Positions 10,848 to 22,419 of a stretch of DNA of 64,000 nt are shown here, piece by piece; the stretch's first letter is position 1; the number at the start of each line of letters is the position of its first letter. A program made the position numbers and the translations under genes. The notes under the pieces were generated by a model. That model saw nothing but the letters and a program-made list of their open reading frames with translations. It had not been told where the DNA came from and made no database searches. The stretch comes from Octopus sinensis (taxonomy: Eukaryota): positions 47,008,464 to 47,072,463 of the forward strand of contig NC_043011.1 in NCBI RefSeq assembly GCF_006345805.1, read 5' to 3'.

Positions 10848-11204
10848 CACACACATAGATATATATATACACATACACACACACACAAACACACACATAT
10901 ATATATACATACATACATATATACATAGATATACATACATACATACATAGATATACATACATACATACATAGATATATACATATATACATATATATATAC
11001 ATACACACATACACACACACATATATATACATACAAAGATATATATACATATATACATATATATACATACGCACACACACACATATATATATACATACAT
11101 ACATATATATATATATATACATACATACATACATACATATATATATATATACATACACACACACGCACACACACACACACATATATATATATACATACAT
11201 ACAT

Positions 11205-11235
<31 letters not shown>

Positions 11236-11320
11236 TATATATACATACATACACACACACACACATATATATATATATACATACATGCATGCATATATAT
11301 GTGTGTGTGTGTGTGCATGG
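10726..11320. repeat. Compound (TA)n/(CA)n/(TACA)n microsatellite
   Basis: Direct inspection; source of several spurious ORFs. Confidence 0.95.
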
Positions 11321-12039
11321 CTTATCACAGGTTACTGGATCACTGAGACTTTATTCTTTATTTAAGTTCTTTTAGGCTGTTCTTTGGAGTACAATGCAAC
11401 TTGCCAAATATTCAGTGCTTCTATTCTCAGAAAAAAACCGAATGTAAAAACAAAAAAAAAATATATAAAAAAAAAAAGAAATAGAAATAAAGACACCTCG
11501 GATTCAGTAATGTCAACTAAAATAATCTGCCGAGTCTGGAAATAGTTTAGTTAATAGATGAGTGAAATGTGAAGGATGTTAATAAAATCACCAAAGTTAG
11601 TTAGTCGTGCTGAAATGTCTTTCTTCTGGTGGACATTCTAATTTTATTGTGTCAGATCACAAGAGAAGAAAGTAGAAGTTGAAGAAAGTTGTTCTTTATA
11701 TTGAATAGTCGACTTGTATTATGTCAGAACACGGCAGGGATTGCAAGGAAAAGAAATAATAAACAAAATAGATAAATAAATAATAGATCGGAAGGTATAG
11801 TAAGGTTAGCGTGAGGTAAGTAAATATCTCACTGATGTAGAAGACCAAGTTTAATTTCCTTACATTCTATTGATTTATATATGATTTCCAGAAGAGGGGA
11901 AAATCTTGACTTGTAGAAGAAAGCTGGTTGTTCAGAAACAAAATTCCAAAAATAAAATTTCTAAAAAGTCCTGCCATAATTCTTGTGGAGTGTTTTGAAG
12001 AAATATATTGTTTAATATCTCTATTTTACAGTATTGGTG

Positions 12040-12320
12040 AAGATACATGGCTCAGTGGTTAGGGTGTTTGACTCACAGACATAGTAAGGTCATGATTTTG
12101 ATTAACAGAAGCACATGGTGTCTTCATCTTGCTCCAGTTCACTCAGCTGACAAAACTATGTTGTACTTATAATTCAGAGGGCTAGCCTTGTCATGTTCTG
12201 TATCGTGCTGAATCTCCCTGAGAACTATGTTAAGGTTATGTTGCATATCTGTGTGGAGTGCTCAGCCAGTTGTACATTAATTTCATGAGCAGGCTGTTCC
12301 ATCAATAGGATCAACTGGAA
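12040..12320 (+). mobile_element. Diverged family C/E-like SINE
   Basis: ACATGGCTCAGTGGTTAGGG head; GCTGAATCTCCCTGAGAACTATGTTAAGG block shared with family C. Confidence 0.7.
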
Positions 12321-12381
12321 CTGCCATAGTTGCAATGAGCAGTGCTAAGTTACAGAGTATATAACTATAACACCATAGCAA

Positions 12382-12420
<39 letters not shown>

Positions 12421-12495
12421 GGAGAAATTATACAAAATGTATAAATAGATAACAAGTATTACACATTCCATCTATTTTACTAATACTATATATAT

Positions 12496-12902
12496 TCTTT
12501 TATTCTTTTACTTGTTTCAGTCATTTGACTGTGGCCATGCTGGAGCACCGCTTTTAGTCGAGCAAATCAACCCTGGGACTTATTCTTTGTAAGCCCAGTA
12601 CTTATTCTATTGGTCTCTTAGGCCGAACCGCTAAGTGACGGGGACGTAAACACACCAGCATCGGTTGTCAAGCAATGCTAAGGGGACAAACACAGACACA
12701 CAAACATATACACAAACATATATATATACATATATACGACAGGCTTCTTTCAGCTTCCATCTACCAAATCCACTCACAAGGCTTTGGTTGGCCCAAGGCT
12801 ATAGCAGAAGACACTTGCCCAAGATGCCATGCAGTGGGACTGAACCCGGAACCATGTGGTTGGTAAGCAAGCTACTTACCACACAGCCACTCCTGCGCCT
12901 AT
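12496..12902 (-). mobile_element. SINE family A, full length
   Basis: Reverse tail TTCTTTTACTTGTTTCAGTC to head CACAGCCACTCCTGCGCCTAT. Confidence 0.9.
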
Positions 12903-13462
12903 ATGTATATATGTAAAATTGATCAAAGGACATACCAAGTTTGTCTACCTGCTAGAAATAACAGTCAAAACTTTTATTTAAATCACCAAAATACACTAAT
13001 AATAATGCTTTTCTGGGGCCTGCAATCACCTATATTATTGATTCTGCTATAATCATTTTTAATTGTTACACTAGATAATAATAGAATATATGATATCTTT
13101 GCAAGTATATATAAAAATATATATATATACTGTACCATGAGTGTTTATAGGTGTATTGAAGAGTAATTGCTGTACCACAGGTACATAAAAGTATAGTGCT
13201 GCAATACAAGTGTGTATATGCATATATGTGCATATGTATAAATTAGTGTGTATATGTATATGCATGTACATATATGCGCATATATATTTGTATATATATA
13301 GTGGAGGATGACAGATTTGTAAGGAGTGGTTATAATATTCACTTTATTATAGTGTTATTATGTAAATAGATGTAGAGAATAAGAAAACAATGAAATGCTA
13401 TTACAATATTTGAAATCACTATCATTATAAATACTGATAGAGATTCTATATATAGATATGCA

Positions 13463-13496
<34 letters not shown>

Positions 13497-13704
13497 TGTT
13501 TGTTTTCATGTTCAGCTATAATAAATACAATTTTACATTAATCTGATGAGTTACTCTATAATTTTCTAGAGTACAAATATATTATACTTAAACAAAAAAT
13601 TATTGACAGTAACTTCGAAATTTTGGTCAGCTAAGTCGTTGTCCAACAATGGTTTAGCTGGCTGAAACTTGAAGTCAGTTTCGATAATATACTTGTTTAA
13701 GAGT

Positions 13705-13735
<31 letters not shown>

Positions 13736-13873
13736 GTGTGTGTAAATATATACATATGTAGAGAGAGTGAGAGAGAGATAAACACACCATACACTTTCCA
13801 AAAGAAATTTTGCAAGCAAGAACAAGACTACTTTCATCTCCATCAGAGTTATGCTCTGATCAAAATTTAGGAT

Positions 13874-14101
13874 TTAACCCTTTAAAATTTAAACCGGCCA
13901 TATCCGGCCAAAAGTATTCTGCCTGTTTTATGTTCAAACTGGCCAGATCTGGTCTCTCAGACCAACCCTACAATATCATCTTAAAAATTAACAGCTACCT
14001 CATCAAAATTTCATAGCTTCAAGATAATGCATGATAGTTCAAAACAATGTGGATAAAAAGGGATTAATTTTGGTAGAATAATGCAAACAGTAAAGGGTTA
14101 A
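13874..14101 (+). mobile_element. piggyBac-like MITE
   Basis: TTAA|CCCTTT ... AAAGGG|TTAA (TTAA TSD, CCC termini); related copies at 10236 and 41590. Confidence 0.8.
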
Positions 14102-14206
14102 GGTTCAAATGAACCTTCAGTCTCTCTTCGATTAAGTCATATCAACAAATATAATCTGGTACATATAATATGGACCAGATATAGTGTTTTCTCAACTTCT
14201 TTGTAG

Positions 14207-14257
14207 GAAAATATGGTTATAGTGAAAATTTGAACAGAACAGAACAGACAGCTTTTG
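14207..14257 (+). CDS. Weak candidate 51-nt symmetric exon
   Basis: CTCAACTTCTTTGTAG acceptor, G|GTGAAT donor, frame (G)KYGYSENLNRTEQTAF(G); could be a chance pseudo-exon. Confidence 0.15.
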
Positions 14258-14399
14258 GTGAATGATTATGAAAAAGATAATTGAAGATGATGGCTAATCT
14301 CTGCTTAACGGAATATGACCAGTGGTAAACTTTCATCTATGTTTTATTGCCTGTGAACTAGATTGGCCAGACAATACACTTTGTACAAAGCAATGATAA

Positions 14400-14960
14400 G
14401 CCAAAACAGCTAATGAAATGAGCTTTTCTAGCTGTTTTATTTTCAACATTTCTAATAACACTATCAAAATCAATTTCTGTGGCAATACTTCACTCACTAT
14501 TCGGTGTTGGTAAATCAACATGTCAGATTTGAGACACGGCTGATCATAAAAAAAGTTTTTGAGATGCTTGCTAAAAAGATCTTTCTGTTGATACTACAAT
14601 AACAAGAATTGTCAACAATATTTTCCAAGTAGCACAAACATTTGAAAACATCTCACAAAGTTTGTAGTCATAATAATCGCTGTAATTCTAAAGGTTTCAC
14701 TTCTGATTTTCCAAAATTTGCTTCAAGTACCGACAGTAAATATTTTATTCATGTTTCAAAATGTTTCATCATAAATATAAGAAGCATATATGTGTGTGCT
14801 AAGCTATTTGCCGTTTTATACCGGCACATTTTTACGTCTTGTGGAATATTTCTGCAAGAAAACAAAATGTTCAACCATCTGCTTCACAACATTAAAAATG
14901 TGTAGTTAGTGCTGCAATAACATTATCAATGTGAACATGAAACAGACTGTTTTTTTTTAA
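14400..14960 (-). pseudogene. Decayed hAT transposase C-terminus (dimerisation domain)
   Basis: Minus-strand fragments HVHIDNVIAALTTHF, KLCEMFSNVCATWKILLTILVIVVSTERSF and EIDFDSVIRNVENKTARKAHF match the LLTIPVTxASxERSFS...IDFDxVIxxF hAT pattern; stops and frameshifts present. Confidence 0.8.
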
Positions 14961-15884
14961 GTCAGTCTTTTGCAGCAGATGAATCATTCTTACCAAGATA
15001 ACAACAAGTGTTGTTTGGTCATGCATGCTTCTTCTTCGTCTTCTTCTTCTTACTCTTAACTCCATATTCACGGCGTGGGAAAGTTTGGTTTTCATCAGAA
15101 GAGCAGATGCTACTTCTTTTACTTCATCCTCTGAGGTGGCATCTCTGGCTTAAATCTCCTCCTCCTCATCCTCCACACCACCACTAGCAGCAGCAGCAGT
15201 AGCAGTTCAAGAATCTGGACCTGGAGATCTCCATTTCCAGTGACTTCGAGGGCCACCTCCCAGTGGTGTTGGGCGTCAACGAAGAGCCCTCGACTACAAC
15301 AAGACAACCAAAGTTTTTTTTTCCAAGTTCTGGTGTCTCCCGCCCCTAAGCCCTAGACCATCACCCTTACCTGTCTTGTTGCTTAACAACAACAACAACA
15401 ACAACAGCAGCAGCACCACCACCACCATCAATAATCCCCCTCATCATTCATAGTTTTTTTATTGCTTGCATGAGTTGGATAGGACTTTTGGAGACAGAAT
15501 TTTATAGATGGAAATCCATTCTGATAGCAATCCTTTCAGTCACTTCTTCCAGCAAGCAGACATATGGTGTATCTATTCTAAGATCTGACATCCACAAGAC
15601 ATATCTCTTGAGCCCATCGCCATCCAAAGAACTGACATTATCACACAAACAAATCTTTTAGTTATAATGCATTTTGTCCTTTACTTCTTCACTTGTTAGA
15701 ACTGTTAAGATCTAAAAGAGCTTGTAATGCTCACTGAATGTTAAGGTAAGGTTTAAAAGGTTTGGTACTTCCAAGTCTAACAGACCACCTGGCTTATCAC
15801 TTGTTCTGTAAACAAGAATTTATGTAACTTTTAGTAAATCCTAAATTTAAGTTATAAATCTTATTGTTTCAAAATAAGTTAAGG

Positions 15885-16561
15885 CTCATGGTATACCACA
15901 CCATTTGACAGATTTTTGTCCTCATCTTGTTTGTTATGAACACATTGTTTTGGCTGATATACCCTCCAGCCTTCATAAGGTGTCTTGGGGAAATTTCGAA
16001 CCTGGATTCTCATTCCTAAAGTATTTTTCAATATTATTATTATTATTATTATGTTTTTTCCTTCTTTCTTCAAATTTTCTCCCGTTTCTCGCCGAGTGTT
16101 TTCCATACAAATAGGGCAGAGAAGCTCATTGTATGCATTCCCAGATTAAACACACAAATTCACAAGTAAAATATGTATTTAAAAATTAATAAATAAATAA
16201 ATTCATGGAAGGATGTTGTTTTCAGAGCGATAATGCTCTTCTCAGTACATGAGCCGTTCCAGTTAATACGACTTTTTGCACTTCCTGTAGGGATGGTAAG
16301 CCTGGAATCATTTTCATATAGGTTTCAGTACCTTTTTTTATCATTCCTAGAGATCCTACAATCACTGGTACTGTAGTCGCCTTGACATGCCACATTTTTT
16401 CAATTTCTATTAGCAGGTCTTTATATTTACTAATCTTGTCAAATTCTTTCGCCGCTATATTGTGATCGCAAGGAATACTCATGTCAATTAATAATCATGA
16501 TTGCAAGGGATACTCATGTCAGTTAATAAACATGATTGCAAGGGATACTCATGTCAATTAA

Positions 16562-16608
<47 letters not shown>

Positions 16609-16693
16609 TATTATTATTATCATTATTATTATTATTCAGGTCACTGCCTGGAATTGAACTCAGAATCTTGGGGTTAGTAGCCCACACTCTTAA
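15885..16693 (-). mobile_element. tRNA-headed, (AAT)n-containing, hammerhead-bearing SINE-like element interrupted by a LINE
   Basis: Minus strand: GTTAAGAGTGTGGGCTACTAACCC...GAGTTCAATTCC head (16635-16693), (AAT)n, LINE insert, (AAT)n, then GAAAAATACTTTAGGAATGAG...GACAC-CTTATGA-A-GGCTG...CAGCC-AAAAC (15939-15984). Confidence 0.7.
16050..16563 (-). mobile_element. 5'-truncated R4/Dong-like LINE 3' end within (TAA)n
   Basis: ORF 16222-16482 MSIPCDHNIAAKEFDKISKYKDLLIEIEKMW...VLTGTAHVLRRALSL; (ATT)n on both sides; 35-bp triplication at the 5' junction. Confidence 0.9.
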
Positions 16694-16855
16694 CCTTGGG
16701 AATGAGAACCCAGGCTCGAAATTTCCCCAAGACACCTGATGAAGGTTGGAGGGTATATCAGCCAAAATATTGTGTTAACAACAAACAAGATGAAGACAAA
16801 TATCCGTCAAATGTAAATAATGTATATAATTCCTCATCTCTTAAATATAGAACGG
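16694..16855 (+). mobile_element. Inverted copy of the hammerhead-bearing 3' module
   Basis: Reverse complement of 15885-16025; GACAC-CTGATGA-A-GGTTG-gagggtatat-CAGCC-AAAAT-ATT-GTGTT at 16731-16776. Confidence 0.8.
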
Positions 16856-17128
16856 TAACATCAGTCATGTTTCAAAACATTGCTTTATTCCATTTCTTCA
16901 GTTTTCATTACTCCTTTTGCAAATGAAAGCTGGATGTTAATCTTTCTCCAAGATCGAAGCTCATATTTGCTGAATATCTTTATTCCCTACTTTTGTAGTT
17001 CAATAGTTCTTGGAATTTGAAGCTTGAAATATCGAAGCTACAAAGTTTGAAGACCAGAAGGCAAGTGAAATGAAAATAAAGTTTACTGCTTTTGTTCAGA
17101 ATTATATTTAGAATATGTACAATGTGCC

Positions 17129-17573
17129 TCTTTACTCTTTCTCTTTACTTGTTTCAGTCATTTGACTGTGGCCATGCTAGAACACTGCCCCTAGTCGAGC
17201 AAATCAACCCCAGGACTTATTCTTTGTGAGCCCAGTACTTACTCCATCGGTCTCTTTTGCCGAACCTATAAGTCCTATAAGTTACGGGGACGTAAACACA
17301 CCAGCATCGATTGTCAAGCGATGTTGGGGGGAGGGGGAACAAACACAGACACACAAACATACACATACACACACACGCATATAGATATATACATATATAC
17401 GACGGGCTTCCTTCAGCTTCCGTCCATCAAATCCACTCACAAGGCTTTGGTCGGCCTGAGGCTATAGTAGAAGACACTTGCCCAAGGTGCCACACAGTGG
17501 GACTGAAATCGGAACCCTGTGGTTTGTAAGCAAGCAAGCAAGCTACTTACAACACAGCCACTCCTACACCTAT
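17129..17573 (-). mobile_element. SINE family A, full length
   Basis: Family tail, core and head all present. Confidence 0.9.
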
Positions 17574-17619
17574 GTGACTATTTTTTCTTTTTTTTTACAA
17601 AAACTGACACAAAGTATGC

Positions 17620-18750
17620 ATTAAGATTCTGCTTTGCTACTGGATTATCTGCACATATTTCAATGTGAACAACCAAAAGCTGAGTTGTGCTTCGGTTGAC
17701 AAATTTTTGGTAGTCTGTATCTTCATCATTCATTACTGAATAAATATATTCTTGTAATCAACTTGATGAAGAGCACTAACACTAAGCCAATTTAAAATTT
17801 CTGATATGAAGAAAGTTAAATTAGAAGGCAAGCAAGCACATGCCTTTCGGCAGCATCAAGTTAAACTGGCATGCAGATTTTAATGAATGTAATAATGGGC
17901 TTCATATTTCTCCATTTCAAATACTCTGAATTATACTGATCAGTAATATTATTTGCTCCATTGTCCTCAGTCCAATGCAATTATTTATATCAATGTTGTC
18001 CATCGTTGAAAAACTTCCAATTCCATTACAAAGACATCCACCAGTTGCTGAAACAACAGGAATTGTCCCCAAAATGGATGTTTGCATTCTTTAGTGTTTA
18101 TCCGAAAAATACTTCACAAACAAGCACATTATTTTTGTGATTCTTATATCACTTGGTTCATCACTTAATAACGAGTGTTTTGACTCTGTCAATTTGTTAA
18201 TTAATTACTCATGCCATACCAGCCAAAGTAATAGAATTCTTGATTAGACTCATACATTTTAATCAATGTATCTTAGCATCTTCACGCACACTCTCCTTTT
18301 ACTATCATTTATTAGATTAATCTTCTGATTGAATACTGCAGTGACATGCTGTTTGTACAGTAGATTTAATTTTGAAATTTTTCCTATCTGTATTTTGGGT
18401 CCTGGCCTTTGTAAATATATTTGAAATTAGATTTGACTATGCACAATTATTAGCGTTCTTTCAATCTTTACAGAATTCTCATGATCAGTTAGAGCAGATT
18501 TAAGCATGTTTGTTAGTTACAACACTTGCACATTGCATTATATTACTCGGCCAAATAAACAACTTAACCTGATTTTTCCTAAACTTTATTATACTGGTCT
18601 GCTGTCTTTAGTATTCTACTTTCCATTATGAAGAGCTATTAATAAAATGTGCTAAACGTTTACAATAATGGGGTTCTCTTGCTACAACTATTGTAAAAGA
18701 ATTTTTTTCCTTTACCTGATTAAAGCATGGAACTCACTAAACACGCAAAG
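17620..18750 (-). pseudogene. Decayed hAT transposase, N-terminal and catalytic part
   Basis: Minus-strand fragments LLSDEPSDIRITKIMCLFVKYFS, LGTIPVVSATG, NIDINNCIGLRT/NGANNIT and LPSNLTFFISEILNWLSVSALHQ resemble the hAT DESTD and TDGA motifs and the segment after CxxH; many frameshifts. Confidence 0.75.
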
Positions 18751-19009
18751 CTTTTACAAAAAAAAAGAAATCAAATATAATAAATCCCGCACAAAAGCTC
18801 CCTTTTTCCAATTCAGTTAGGCCACAAATTAAACATCATGATATCAATACCATCTCAAAATATCAAAATATTAAAAAAAAAAAAGATCTAAGAAAAATAT
18901 CATTTTTAATAAAACCTTCATGTTTGTATGCAGTAGATGTTTAGCTTTATAGTAGTGAAATAATAAATTTATTATTGTTTACTATCTAGTCTATTAACAT
19001 TAAAACTAA

Positions 19010-19023
19010 AACTACTACTACTA

Positions 19024-19084
<61 letters not shown>

Positions 19085-19125
19085 GATAATAATAATAATA
19101 ATGATAATAATAATAATAATAATAT
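19010..19125. repeat. (ACT)n-(AAT)n compound microsatellite
   Basis: Direct inspection. Confidence 0.95.
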
Positions 19126-19680
19126 TGCCCTGATGCAGTACCAGTCAGTGGCTCTCATGGCTTCTGATCTTAGCTGATTGGAAGTGTTATCATGTACATT
19201 GTTTTGTCTTGGTATAAAAGATGGGCTACAGCAAATATTCTGCTCAATACCACAGATTTGCTTGTCAGTTGTTTGACCTTAACCAGTTGAGCATGTCCCT
19301 TAGTGGCTGACGATATGTGCATCTCTGATCACGAGCAGAAGTAGTGGGGGAGCATCATAGCCATGTGTTGAGAGGGATTCTTTGGGGTTTGAATAATTCA
19401 CCTCTGGAAACATGGGTGGTTCTTTCAACATCCTTAAACAACCCTTATTCAGGGACCTTTTGAGCGGGATGGGCTACTCAACCTGAAGAAATTTCTAACT
19501 GGGCCCCACCTGCAAGGTCATGTGCTGTTTATCTTGATATGAGATGACCATGTCGCGCACATATGGTTGTGATGCATGTGCCTGGTGTACCCTTATCAGA
19601 CGGGTAGTCATGATGGGTATATTGGGCTTCGTATATTTTACCCCAGTGTCACTTTGATGGCATGAACTGCTCTCTCACTC
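19126..19680 (+). mobile_element. ~555-bp non-coding interspersed element flanked by (AAT)n
   Basis: Core 19340-19470 matches the reverse complement of 45215-45345; ends CTCTCACTC(AAT)n. Confidence 0.75.
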
Positions 19681-19702
19681 AATAATAATAATAATAATAA
19701 TG

Positions 19703-19760
<58 letters not shown>

Positions 19761-19761
19761 G

Positions 19762-20150
19762 CCTTTCTGCTAAAAGGACAAGGCCTGAAATTTTGGGGGT
19801 GGGAACTAGTCAATTACATCAATCTCAGTGTTTCCCTGGTACTTAATTTATTGTCCCCAAAAGGATAAAAGGTAAAAATCGACCTGTGGAATTTGAACTT
19901 GGCATTTTTCCTGGCAAGCTAGTGATTCAGCCTAGCTCACTGCCTTAATAATAATAACATTAATAACGATAATAATAGTAATGGCTTCAAATTTTTGGTC
20001 CAAGGCCAGCAATTGCGGGAGGTAATGGGTTGATTACACTTGTACTTATTCCATCGACCCTGAAAGTTGACCTTAGCAAAATTTGAAATCAGAATGTTAA
20101 GCTGGAAAGAATGCTGCTAAGCATTTTGTCCAGTGTGCTAATGATTCTAC
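19762..20150 (-). mobile_element. Two diverged family G SINEs
   Basis: GAATTTGAAC/GAAATC B-box region and GGCCAGCAATT/GGCCTGAAATTTT tails. Confidence 0.7.
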
Positions 20151-20162
20151 TTTAACAACAAC

Positions 20163-20455
20163 TTTGTAAGCCTAGTACTTATTCTATCAGTTCCTTTTGC
20201 CAAACTGCTAAGTTACGGGGGACGTAAACACACCAGCATCGGTTGTCAAGCGATGTTGGGGAGACAAGCACACACACATATATATGTACATACATACTAT
20301 GGGCTTCTTTCAGTTTCTGTCCACCAAATCCACTCACAAGGCTTTGGTCGGCCCGAGGCTATAGAAGAAGACACTTGCTCAAGGTGTCACACAGTGGGAC
20401 TAAACCCGGAACCATGTGGTTGGTAAGCAAGCTACTTACCACACAGCCACTCCTG
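20163..20455 (-). mobile_element. SINE family A lacking the tail
   Basis: TTTGTAAGCCTAGTAC to CACAGCCACTCCT. Confidence 0.85.
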
Positions 20456-20644
20456 TGACTTGATTTAAAATTGTTTTTTTTTTGTTACTTCTATGAATGA
20501 ACATTATACATGATATACACGATTCTTTAGTAAAACCACAAGTAACTTTATACTTATGTAAAAAGATTTTAGCTTTGTGTGTTTGTGTACTTACACGTAC
20601 GTATATTATATATCAAAATAAAAATCAAATGGAAATTGTAGTAG

Positions 20645-20972
20645 TGATACCTGTGCCAGTGGCACGTTAAAAGCACCATCCAAACGTGACCGATGCCAGG
20701 ACCACCTTGACTGTCTTCCGTGCTGGTATCACGTAAAAAGAACCAACCAATCGTGGCCACTGCCAGCCTCCCCTGGCACCTGTGCCAGTGGCACATAAAA
20801 AGCACCCACTACACTCATGGAGTGGTTGGCATTAGGAAGAGCATCCAGCTGTAGAAACACTGCCAGATCAGACTGGAGCCTGGTGCAGCCTCCTGGCTTC
20901 CCAGACCCCGGTCGAACCATCCAACCCATACTAGCATGGAAAACGGACGTTAAATGATGATGATGATGATGA
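20645..20972 (+). mobile_element. Family F element
   Basis: Internal GGCAC(G/A)TAAAAAGCACC subrepeats; (TGA)n tail. Confidence 0.85.
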
Positions 20973-21511
20973 TGTGTGTGTGTATGTGTATGTACATACA
21001 TACACAAACAGCCACACACACAATACTGTGTCTATATATGCATGTCTGTATGTGTACTATGGTCGGAAAAGCTATTCCAGTGTGATAAAATATGTTATGG
21101 GTATACCCTTTTGTTACCGTGTCAATTTACTAATGCAATATTTAATGCTTGAGATGAATATTTAATTAGTTTGTCAGATTGTCAAAGCAATTAATCTGTT
21201 AAATTAATTTCTCTGCTCATTTCTTCAGGTGTCAAAATTTTCATCACATAACTGTGACCAAGTCATTGATACGGTTGAACTTGCTGCAGTGAAACTATTG
21301 CCATTGACCAGCTCAAAGTTGTGTGAAGTAGATTTTGACGCTTCAAGAAATATATGAAATGTGTACTTAAACGATTTGTGTGCGTGCGTGCGTGTGTGTA
21401 TTGTTGTAAGTGACTAATATGGTTCTTCACTGTTGTAATTGCTTCAGTTTCAACACATTCTATTCTACAATCAAGTCTTTTACTAAACAAGTACAACTTT
21501 GAAATATACAT

Positions 21512-21908
21512 AAGAGTGGCTATGTGGTAAGTAGTTTGCTTAACCAACCACATGGTTCTGGGTTCAGTTCCTGTGCATGGAATCTTGGGCAAGTGTCTAC
21601 TACTATAGCCTCAGGCTGACCAAAGCCTTGTGAGGGGATTTGGTAGATGGAAACTGAAAGAATCCTGTCATATATATGTGTGTGTGTGTGTGTATGTGTA
21701 TGTACGTGTGTCTGTGTTGGTCCACACACCATCGCTTGACAACTGATATTGGTGTGTTTACGTCTCTGTAACTTGGCGGTTTGCCAAAGGAAACCAATAG
21801 AATAAGTACTAGGCTTACAAAGAATAAGTCCTGGTGGTCGAGATTTGATTGACTAAAGGTGGTGCTCCAGCATGGCTGCAGTCAAATGACTGAAACAAAT
21901 AAAAGAAT
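21512..21908 (+). mobile_element. SINE family A
   Basis: Head GAGTGGCTATGTGGTAAG to tail GAAACAAATAAAAGAATA. Confidence 0.85.
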
Positions 21909-22174
21909 ACCAACACACACATACAAATATTTGTACACACCATGTTAATGAGTGTCAAGGAAACAGGAATTACATAATCAATTCCATTAGCTTACAGCTG
22001 TTTCTTTTATAAGAAACTCTATAGTCAGAGTGCTTGTGCAATGCTCTACACCTTCCTTGAGCACTCCTGTGAGAGTACTACTTCTTCTAACAGAAACAGC
22101 TCAGCTAATGAACTAGGTTATGTGATTCCTATTCCTTTGTCTTTCATTAATTAGTATTACACTATGCACTTTAA

Positions 22175-22390
22175 GGCAGTGAGCTGGTAGAACCATGAGC
22201 TCGTTAGGAAAAATCTTTAGCAGCACTTTGTCAGTCTTTACATTCTGAGTTCAAAGTCTGCTGAAGTTGACTTTGCCTCTCATTCTTTCAGGGTTGATAA
22301 AATAAATACCAGCTGAGTACTGGGGTCTATGTAATGGATTATCTTCCTCCCCAAAGTTGCTGGCCTTGTGCCAAAATTTGAAATCAGTAT
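22175..22390 (+). mobile_element. SINE family G
   Basis: GGCAGTGAGCTGG...GGCCTTGTGCCAAAATTTGAAATC. Confidence 0.8.
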
Positions 22391-22419
22391 TACACTATGT
22401 ACTTGCCTAATGCTTTACT

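Noticed and set aside
10726-11328. Long ORFs rich in Y/I/C/V/M/H/T (also at 2387, 28013, 37007, 42528, 46905, 59198, 60338, 61252)
   Set aside because: Translations of (TA)n, (TG)n and (ATCT)n microsatellites.
21229-21357. Strong acceptor followed by a 42-codon frame
   Set aside because: No donor, no poly(A) support and no recognisable protein.
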